The notes beneath the pieces were generated by a model. The model did not search any database. It was not told the DNA's origin and worked only from the letters and a program-made list of their open reading frames with translations. A stretch of 28,659 nucleotides of DNA from an uncultured Muribaculaceae bacterium (lineage in GTDB: Bacteria; Bacillota_I; Bacilli_A; RF39; UBA660): NCBI GenBank assembly GCA_964652445.1, contig CAZZCM010000001.1:1-28659 (forward strand), read 5' to 3'. Numbering within the stretch: position 1 is the stretch's first letter; every line of letters begins with the position of its first letter. The position numbers were made by a program, and so were the translations under genes. Shown piece by piece: positions 8,855-15,614 of this stretch.

Positions 8855-8883
8855 TTGACTTAAAGGCTATTTTATGGTAAAGT
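8855..8883 (+). promoter_or_regulatory. SigA promoter of rpmB
   Basis: TTGACT-N17-TAAAGT with extended TG; SD AAGGAGGT at 8905-8912. Confidence 0.75.
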
Positions 8884-8918
8884 TATAAAGCGAAGAAAAA
8901 ACTTAAGGAGGTATTAAA

Positions 8919-9092
8919 ATGGCAAAAAAAGCAACAACTAAAAAGAACCTAAAAGGTAATCGTCGTTCACACGCTCTTAATGCGACTCCTCATGCATTTA
9001 AACTTAATTTACAAACAATAACAATTAATGGTAAAAAAGTAAGAATGACTGCAAGAGAAATCAGAGCTTTAAAAAAAATAATGGCTAAATAA
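8919..9092 (+). CDS. rpmB: 50S ribosomal protein bL28 (not in the ORF track)
   Basis: Translated by hand, 57 aa: MAKKATTKKNLKGNRRSHALNATPHAFKLNLQTITINGKKVRMTAREIRALKKIMAK; GNxRSHAxN...NLQ signature; perfect SD. Confidence 0.95.
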   Translation: MAKKATTKKNLKGNRRSHALNATPHAFKLNLQTITINGKKVRMTAREIRALKKIMAK

Positions 9093-9118
9093 TATCTACA
9101 CTTGTAGATGTTTTTTTT
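9093..9118 (+). terminator. rpmB terminator
   Basis: TATCTAC-ACTT-GTAGATG followed by T8. Confidence 0.8.
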
Positions 9119-9134
9119 ATGTTAAAATTTCACG

Positions 9135-9164
9135 AAAAAACTACGCATACTTTTCGTAGTTTTT
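9135..9164 (-). terminator. Terminator for 9170..9718
   Basis: AAAAACTACG-N9-CGTAGTTTTTT. Confidence 0.7.
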
Positions 9165-9169
9165 ATAAA

Positions 9170-9718
9170 TTATCTTTTTCTTTTTTGATGTATTTTAGTT
9201 TTAATTTTTTGATAAGTAATCATTGTTCCTCCAACAGCCAATACACATAATGGTCCTATACTTGGCAAAATTATATACTCAGTTATTAAAAGCTTAATAT
9301 TAGAGTGATTCATTCCAAATGATTCTTCAGCTTTTAAACTAACCTCATTTAATACCTCGCTATTTACTTGAAAAGTATTAAAGTCATCACTTATAGTAAT
9401 GGTTTCGTCATCACTATTAAGTAATGTTTGAAATTCTTCATATGGAATTTCTATTTCTGCAGTTTGCTTCTCTATTTTAACATTTTTAATTTCGCCTTCA
9501 TAATCCCAAATGCTTCGATTAAACATAACTGTTAAATCATCATCAGGCACATCAAAAGTTACGTTTAATGGCAAGTTATCATTTTGCAATATTTGAGGAG
9601 ATTCCGTAGAGCAAGCCGACAAAGGCATAGCCACAGCTAAGGCAAAGGCACACATGGCGGGATACATTTTAAAATTTCTCTTTTCGTTGATTCTATCAAA
9701 TACTCTTAATTTTTTCAT
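9170..9718 (-). CDS. Hypothetical lipoprotein-like protein with a C-terminal hydrophobic segment and basic tail
   Basis: Lipobox-like LSAC (Cys36), acidic core, C-terminal TM plus QKRKR; SD AGGAGG. Confidence 0.7.
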   Translation of the reverse strand: MKKLRVFDRINEKRNFKMYPAMCAFALAVAMPLSACSTESPQILQNDNLPLNVTFDVPDDDLTVMFNRSIWDYEGEIKNVKIEKQTAEIEIPYEEFQTLLNSDDETITISDDFNTFQVNSEVLNEVSLKAEESFGMNHSNIKLLITEYIILPSIGPLCVLAVGGTMITYQKIKTKIHQKRKR

Positions 9719-9745
9719 TGGTAGCCCTCCTAAAAAACATGTGTT

Positions 9746-9774
9746 ATCATACTTGAAAAAAGAGTAAATGTCAA
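9746..9774 (-). promoter_or_regulatory. Near-consensus SigA promoter of 9170..9718
   Basis: TTGACA-N17-TATGAT. Confidence 0.75.
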
Positions 9775-9806
9775 ATCTCTTTTACTGTATTAATAAATCA
9801 TTACAC

Positions 9807-9835
9807 AAAAATAAGAGACAAGAAATCTCTTATTT
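9807..9835 (-). terminator. Terminator overlapping the histidine kinase stop
   Basis: AAATAAGAGA-N7-TCTCTTATTT-TT. Confidence 0.7.
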
Positions 9836-11089
9836 AATAATAAAACTAATTCCGGTCTTTTCGTTTTTAACACTAACTTCATAACCTAGTAGGGAAACGG
9901 TTTTTTTAACGATAGATAGTCCTAAACCAAATTGACCTTTAATTCCCTTTCTATAGGGGCTAAAAATATCGTTTAAAATAGTTTGATCAATATTTGGTCC
10001 ATCATTATAAAATATGATTTGGTGGTTATGAACCGTAATTTTTATTTTACTTTTCGCATAACGCATAAAGTTACTTAAAATATTATCGACTATAGCCTCC
10101 CACATATTTTGTGAACCATTAAATATAGTTTTTTTATCAGTGATATTTACTTCCCAGTGAATTTCTGGTCTGGTAACTTTAAACTTTTCCACTGATGTTG
10201 TTAAGATATCTACAATATTTATAGTTTCTTTTTTGTAGTTATCCATATCTTTAATATAGTTTAATTTATTTAAATATAGTAAGGAGTGTACTTTAATATC
10301 TAATTTTTTTATTTCTTGTTTTATGATTTTTAGTCCGCTTTTTTCATCTTGAACGCCATCCTCTATAGCCTCAACATACGATTTTATAACAGTGAGAGGG
10401 GTTTTAAAATCATGAGAAATATTTTGATACATTTGATTTTTATATTCATCTTGTTTTTTGAGAGTTTCTTTCATATCATCAATGGCGTGGGACAAATCCT
10501 CTATTTCGTCATCAACTTTATATGGATTTTTTGGCACATAAGCATCATTGTCTAAATTATCAACCTTTTCTTTCAAATGTTTGATTCTTTCAGCCAAGAC
10601 TTGTGACCAAATTGCTACTATTAATAAAATTATCAATAAAGTTATTAACAAAACTGGTAATAGGGATTTCAAAATATCAGCTTTCATTTCAGCGATATAA
10701 TTATTGTCAGTAATGGCTATTTTATAATCATTACCATCTTTTTTTGTATTATAGTAATATGTCTTTCCAAGGTAATTAAATTTACCATATTTGCTGTTTA
10801 TCTTTTCTAAAATTTTATTAGCTGGAAGTTTTATAACGTCGGATAAATTACTAGAAATATTTATGATGTTATCTTGAACGAAAATATATGCAATGTCATT
10901 ATTTAGTTCACTATCACTAATACTATTCTGTACAATATCCAAAGGTGCTTCTAAATTAAAATAAATATTTTTTTCATAAATCGGGATTAACAATTTTGGT
11001 AAAATAACTGCCACACTTACATAAATAATTGCAAATACAATTAATACAATGGCTATTAATTGACGATATAAATTATGCTTTAACTTCAT
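9830..11089 (-). CDS. cssS: Sensor histidine kinase, CssS-like
   Basis: 2 TM, HAMP, H-box QNISHDFKTPL, NDGPNI, and G2 box KGIKGQFGLGLSIVK resembling CssS KGKKGEFGIGLSIVK; ATGA overlap with the regulator. Confidence 0.75.
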   Translation of the reverse strand: MKLKHNLYRQLIAIVLIVFAIIYVSVAVILPKLLIPIYEKNIYFNLEAPLDIVQNSISDSELNNDIAYIFVQDNIINISSNLSDVIKLPANKILEKINSKYGKFNYLGKTYYYNTKKDGNDYKIAITDNNYIAEMKADILKSLLPVLLITLLIILLIVAIWSQVLAERIKHLKEKVDNLDNDAYVPKNPYKVDDEIEDLSHAIDDMKETLKKQDEYKNQMYQNISHDFKTPLTVIKSYVEAIEDGVQDEKSGLKIIKQEIKKLDIKVHSLLYLNKLNYIKDMDNYKKETINIVDILTTSVEKFKVTRPEIHWEVNITDKKTIFNGSQNMWEAIVDNILSNFMRYAKSKIKITVHNHQIIFYNDGPNIDQTILNDIFSPYRKGIKGQFGLGLSIVKKTVSLLGYEVSVKNEKTGISFIIK

Positions 11090-11739
11090 GACAATCTATA
11101 TCCATATCCATAAATGGTATTTAATCTAAGCTTTGGCATTTTTTTCCTAAGCCTTCTGACTAAATCATCGACCACCCTATCGCTACCAAAATAATTTTCT
11201 CCCCAAACCTTTTCTAATATCTGATTTCGGCTAAAAGATTTATTTCTGTTTTTAAGCAGAGTAACTAGTAAATCAAACTCCAAAGTAGTGAGAGAGATTT
11301 CATTAGAGTCGTCATAAACTAATCTTTTATCTAAATCAATCACATAATTTTCATATGATATTTTCTCGGTTTGTGTACTATAAGTCCTTTTTATAATATT
11401 ATTAACTCTTAAAACTAGTTCTTTAGGAGAATAAGGTTTGGTAACATAGTCATCACTTCCCAATTCCAAACCAATTATTTTATCTAAATCTTGATCACGA
11501 GCTGATGTAAATATTACAGGAACTTCACTAACTTCTCTTATCTCTTTTATTATGTCATATCCGCTGACTTCATCGCTAAGCATAATGTCTAATATCCATA
11601 AATCGGCTTTATCAGCCACGTGATTTAAAGCGTCAGAACCATTATAATATTGGACAACTTCGTAACCATCTCTTTCTAAATAAGACTTAATCAAATTATT
11701 TAGATTAACTTCATCTTCCACTAAACAAATTTTATACAT
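11086..11739 (-). CDS. cssR: OmpR-family response regulator, CssR-like
   Basis: LVEDEVNLN, LWILDIML, SARDQDLD, YFGSDRVVDDLVRRLRKKMP nearly identical to B. subtilis CssR as I recall it. Confidence 0.8.
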   Translation of the reverse strand: MYKICLVEDEVNLNNLIKSYLERDGYEVVQYYNGSDALNHVADKADLWILDIMLSDEVSGYDIIKEIREVSEVPVIFTSARDQDLDKIIGLELGSDDYVTKPYSPKELVLRVNNIIKRTYSTQTEKISYENYVIDLDKRLVYDDSNEISLTTLEFDLLVTLLKNRNKSFSRNQILEKVWGENYFGSDRVVDDLVRRLRKKMPKLRLNTIYGYGYRLS

Positions 11740-11757
11740 TACTATCGCCTCATTTAT

Positions 11758-11766
11758 AGTATAACA
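11758..11766 (-). promoter_or_regulatory. Extended -10 promoter proximal to cssR
   Basis: TG-T-TATACT about 19 nt upstream of the ATG. Confidence 0.5.
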
Positions 11767-11867
11767 CTATTTAATTGTCATTGCTACATCTATCGCCTCC
11801 TCCTTGGAGTCTTCTATCAACTCCACTAACATTGTACTAAAAGAATATGTTTAGATTTTGATAAAAG

Positions 11868-11885
11868 TATGGGAAATTGTGGTAA
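11868..11885 (-). promoter_or_regulatory. Putative CssR box (10-bp-period direct repeat) with a downstream TACAAT -10 (11831-11836)
   Basis: TTACCACA-AT-TTCCCATA resembles the TTTTCA(C/T)A repeats of CssR targets; poor -35 is consistent with activator dependence. Confidence 0.45.
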
Positions 11886-11890
11886 AGATT

Positions 11891-12361
11891 TTATAATAAT
11901 TTATTTATCATTTTTTTATCCATTTTATTTATAGCAAAACATTTCTTACCTAAATCCTTTAAGGATGCACCAACATTACCAGCAATAAACTTTCGCATTT
12001 CTACAAACGCATCCATAATAGATATGCTTACACTAGTAGCTACAGATGATTTTATTATAGTTGCAAGCATTGCCACACCTTGTTCTGTAAAAACCCTAGG
12101 GTTCTTATACTTACCACCCCTAGTTTCTATTTTTGGGGTCCCAATCTGGGACCTCAAAGTTTTCGCTTCTTCACTTGTCAATTGAAATCTAAATTTTTTT
12201 GGAAATCTTTCGATATTGTTTTTAACAGCCTGATTTATTTCTTTAGTTCCGTTCTTACAACCATACAATCTAGCTAAATCACTATCAAGCATTACTTGCT
12301 TTCCCCTAACTTCATATATCATTCTCTTTACATCGTTATTTTTAATTATAATTTCATTCAT
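11891..12361 (-). CDS. ORF6N-domain protein with an apparent internal in-frame deletion
   Basis: IYEVRGKQVMLDSDLARLYG, FQLT, VFTEQGVAML = ORF6N, fused directly to the C-terminal VGASLKDLGKKCFA motif. Confidence 0.75.
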   Translation of the reverse strand: MNEIIIKNNDVKRMIYEVRGKQVMLDSDLARLYGCKNGTKEINQAVKNNIERFPKKFRFQLTSEEAKTLRSQIGTPKIETRGGKYKNPRVFTEQGVAMLATIIKSSVATSVSISIMDAFVEMRKFIAGNVGASLKDLGKKCFAINKMDKKMINKLL

Positions 12362-12495
12362 TTGGTCAGTCCTTTCTAAAAATTAAAATGTTTTACCCCT
12401 CCGAATATATCATACGATTTTTATACCCCCATTTCCTTTTTTTTGTGAAAAAAAGTAACATAATCCAAAGACTTACAAAATTCGCGAAAATGTAA

Positions 12496-12520
12496 AGAAA
12501 AAGAGTAAATAATTACTCTT
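12496..12520 (-). terminator. obgE terminator overlapping its stop
   Basis: AAGAGTAA-TTAT-TTACTCTT-TTTCTTT. Confidence 0.7.
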
Positions 12521-13784
12521 TAAATTCAAAGACAAAGTCTAAAATACTGACATCATCACCGTTTTCAGCTCCAAGTGCTCGAAGTTCATCATCAATTCCA
12601 AGTTTTCTTAGTTTATTAGAAAATCTCAAAACTGCTTCATCTGTATCAAATCTACTCATTTTAAGTAACTTTTCAACTTCTTTCCCTCTAATAACCCAAG
12701 TACCGTCTTCTTTATTTATTGTAAAAGGTTTATCTTTCCTAAATTTATAAATAACATGACTTTCAAATTTTTCATCTTCATATAAGCTAGTCTTTTCTAT
12801 CTTATCAAGCATATCAGCTACTTTAAGTAAAATCTCATTAACACCCTCGCCAGTAATCGCTGACATTTCATAAACTGGAATATCAACTTTAGCTTTAAAT
12901 TCAGCTAAATTTTCTCTGGCACTTGGCATATCCATCTTATTAGCCACAACAATTTGTGGTTTTTTAAGTAATTTATCACTAAAAGATTTAAGCTCATTAT
13001 TAATAACTTCAAAATCATTATAAGGATTTCTTCCAGAATATCCGCTCATATCAATAATATGAATAATTACTCTCGTTCTTTCAATGTGCTTCAAAAATCT
13101 AATACCAAGGCCATGACCTAAAGAAGCACCTTCAATAAGTCCGGGTAAATCAGCTAAAACAAATGAACGACCATCACTAGTTCTGACAACACCTAAATTA
13201 GGTTTCAAAGTTGTAAACGGATAATCGGCAATTTTTGGTCTAGATGCTGAAACCTTAGAAATAAAGGTTGATTTACCAACACTAGGCATTCCAACAAGTC
13301 CAACATCGGCAATTAACTTAAGTTCAAGTTTAACCTTACGATACTCACCGGGCTCGCCATTTTCTGCAAAATCAGGAGCGGGATTAGTACGAGTTGCGAA
13401 AGCCATATTACCACGACCACCTCGGCCACCATAAGCTGCAATGACCTCATCATTAGGTTTAATTAAATCAGCAATTATTAATCCCGTTTCCATATCTGTA
13501 ATAACTGTCCCAACTGGAACTAAGACAACAACATCTTCGGCACCTCTACCGTGTTTCCCCTTACCAAGACCATTTTCACCACGGTCACCTTTAATCTTTC
13601 TTTTATATCTAAAATCAACTAAAGTATTTAAACCAGTATCAACTTTAAAAATTATATTAGCTCCTCTTCCGCCATTTCCACCAAATGGGCCACCAAGAGG
13701 AACGCATTTTTCACGTCTAAATGCTTTACACCCATTTCCACCATCACCGGCAAATAATTCAACAATTGCTTCATCGACAAACAT
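12513..13784 (-). CDS. obgE: GTPase ObgE/CgtA with C-terminal OCT domain
   Basis: Gly-rich Obg domain, GMPSVGKST, DYPFTT, DLPG, NKMD, SAIT. Confidence 0.97.
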   Translation of the reverse strand: MFVDEAIVELFAGDGGNGCKAFRREKCVPLGGPFGGNGGRGANIIFKVDTGLNTLVDFRYKRKIKGDRGENGLGKGKHGRGAEDVVVLVPVGTVITDMETGLIIADLIKPNDEVIAAYGGRGGRGNMAFATRTNPAPDFAENGEPGEYRKVKLELKLIADVGLVGMPSVGKSTFISKVSASRPKIADYPFTTLKPNLGVVRTSDGRSFVLADLPGLIEGASLGHGLGIRFLKHIERTRVIIHIIDMSGYSGRNPYNDFEVINNELKSFSDKLLKKPQIVVANKMDMPSARENLAEFKAKVDIPVYEMSAITGEGVNEILLKVADMLDKIEKTSLYEDEKFESHVIYKFRKDKPFTINKEDGTWVIRGKEVEKLLKMSRFDTDEAVLRFSNKLRKLGIDDELRALGAENGDDVSILDFVFEFKE

Positions 13785-13808
13785 ATTGTCACCTGCTTTC
13801 TTAAAATA

Positions 13809-13817
13809 ATTATACCA
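13809..13817 (-). promoter_or_regulatory. Extended -10 promoter of obgE
   Basis: TG-G-TATAAT. Confidence 0.6.
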
Positions 13818-13834
13818 TAAATACTAAAAACAAG

Positions 13835-13857
13835 AAAAAAGAACTAAAGTTTAGTTC
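13835..13857 (-). terminator. Terminator overlapping the stop of 13844..14572
   Basis: GAACTAA-ACT-TTAGTTC-TTTTTT. Confidence 0.7.
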
Positions 13858-14572
13858 CGCATAAAAAACAAACCGTGGCATCGGGTGCCAATCTAGCCCC
13901 ACATTTTGGACACATTTTAGGTCTCCCAGAAACTGCTGGCGTAATAATTGGTTTTTCTTCTTTCTTTTCTTCTGGTTTAACCTCAACATAGGTTGTATGG
14001 GTTTTATCGGGTTCCAAAGACTCGTTATTAAATACTGAATCTCCTTCAGGTACATTATTAATTGGCTCTTTTGTATCTCTTTGTTCCAAAGTATTCACAT
14101 TAGGTTGCGCATTAACTTCAGAAACTGCTGGTACTTCTGGAACAATTTCTTCCACTTCTTTAGGCTTGTCAAATAGAATATTTTGTGTTTCCAAAAATTC
14201 TTCTGTTAAATCATATTCGTTTAAAGCAAACTTTGGTTTTTTAAAAGCTAATTTAGGAAAATTATACATTGGAAAAATTATATACCATATAGCTTCCTTT
14301 GGATTTTCTCTAAATCCAATAAGCAACTGTTTAATAATCAAGTATAAATAGTATAACCCAGCAAATGGGATTAAAGATAGATAAAATGTTTTTTTTGGCA
14401 TTTCAAGCAAATCAACCAAAACATAAGTTGTATAAATAGGTACATATGCTTTCCAAGATTTTTCTTTAGCTCTTTTCAGTAAATAACCCAAAGATATCTT
14501 AACAGCAACATAAACAATTAAAAATACCAAAAATAACATCAAAAAATATTTTCCTGTACCCTCCATTAACAT
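13844..14572 (-). CDS. DUF5684-like membrane protein with a C-terminal zinc ribbon
   Basis: TM segments with WKAYVPIY, Pro/Glu-rich linker, CPKCG...CFLCG; extended -10 TGTTATAAT at 14597-14605. Confidence 0.7.
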   Translation of the reverse strand: MLMEGTGKYFLMLFLVFLIVYVAVKISLGYLLKRAKEKSWKAYVPIYTTYVLVDLLEMPKKTFYLSLIPFAGLYYLYLIIKQLLIGFRENPKEAIWYIIFPMYNFPKLAFKKPKFALNEYDLTEEFLETQNILFDKPKEVEEIVPEVPAVSEVNAQPNVNTLEQRDTKEPINNVPEGDSVFNNESLEPDKTHTTYVEVKPEEKKEEKPIITPAVSGRPKMCPKCGARLAPDATVCFLCGTKL

Positions 14573-14675
14573 ATCTTTAGCCTCCTATCATTATTCATTA
14601 TAACATTATAAATTAGAAAAATAAATATTATTTTACGTTCCCTACCTAGTAGTTGTAAAGTCCTAATATTTTTGT

Positions 14676-14891
14676 TTACTTAAATTTTGAAACATTTTTC
14701 ATTGCCTGTATTTTTTTATTTAAACTCATATCTGGTTTATTGTTTTGATTACCTTTAGCCATCGCTTGATTCAAATTAAAATTATCGCTTATATCCTTAG
14801 GTGTTTGATTGAATCCTCTTTTCATTTTGGCTGTACTAGCAATCTGTTTTTGAACTTCTTCAGGCGTCATATTATTAGGTCTTATTATCAT
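14676..14891 (-). CDS. Small basic Asn/Gln/Met-rich hypothetical protein
   Basis: 71 aa; ATGA overlap with the rnhB stop implies translational coupling. Confidence 0.6.
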   Translation of the reverse strand: MIIRPNNMTPEEVQKQIASTAKMKRGFNQTPKDISDNFNLNQAMAKGNQNNKPDMSLNKKIQAMKNVSKFK

Positions 14892-15496
14892 TTTAACAGC
14901 TCCTTTACTGGTCCATATGTTTTACGATAACCGCTTATTAAACCATACTTCTTAATAGCTTCCAAATGTTTTTTGGTTGGATAACCCTTATGGTTTTTAA
15001 ATCCGTACATCGGATATTTTTTGTCAATTTCATACATCATTCTATCACGAGTAACTTTCGCAATTACACTTGCTGCTGCAATACTCATACTCTTGGCATC
15101 ACCTTTAATTATTGGCATAACTGGAATATCTATATCAATTGGCATTGCATCGGACAAAACATACTCTAGAGGAACTTGTTTTCTTACTTTATCAATTGCC
15201 ACTATCATGGCTTTTCTACTAGCCTCATAAATGTTAATTTCATCAATTTCTTTGGCTGAAACGATTCCAACTCCATAAATGGCATGCTTTATAATATAAT
15301 CATAAAATAAATTACGTTTCTTTTCGGTGAGTTTCTTAGAATCATTAAGACCTTTTAGCTCAAATCCCTCAGGCAAAACTACACAAGCTGCAACTACAGG
15401 ACCATATAAAGGACCTCTTCCTGCTTCATCGGTCCCACCAATACTCTTAATGCCTTTTGATTTTAAATCATTTTCATATTGCCATAAATTAATCAT
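14888..15496 (-). CDS. rnhB: Ribonuclease HII
   Basis: GTDEAGRGPLYGPVVAA, LNDSKKL, LSDAM, KGDAKSMSIAAASVIAKVTRD, HKGYPT. Confidence 0.97.
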   Translation of the reverse strand: MINLWQYENDLKSKGIKSIGGTDEAGRGPLYGPVVAACVVLPEGFELKGLNDSKKLTEKKRNLFYDYIIKHAIYGVGIVSAKEIDEINIYEASRKAMIVAIDKVRKQVPLEYVLSDAMPIDIDIPVMPIIKGDAKSMSIAAASVIAKVTRDRMMYEIDKKYPMYGFKNHKGYPTKKHLEAIKKYGLISGYRKTYGPVKELLK

Positions 15497-15516
15497 ATTA
15501 TCACTGCCTTTAAATT

Positions 15517-15525
15517 ATTATACCA
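15517..15525 (-). promoter_or_regulatory. Extended -10 promoter of rnhB
   Basis: TG-G-TATAAT. Confidence 0.55.
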
Positions 15526-15533
15526 TGTATAGA

Positions 15534-15562
15534 AGAAAAAAAACACTAATTAAAGTGTTTTT
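15534..15562 (-). terminator. leuS terminator
   Basis: AAAAACACT-TTAATT-AGTGTTT followed by a T run. Confidence 0.75.
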
Positions 15563-15614
15563 CCGCTTATCTAGTTAAACTTAAATTATCTTTGATGTTA
15601 TTCAAAGTCTTTCC

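Noticed and set aside
11767-11832. 21-aa ORF MLVELIEDSKEEAIDVAMTIK upstream of cssR
   Set aside because: No SD, and its ATG overlaps the predicted -10, so it would not be on that transcript; probably incidental.
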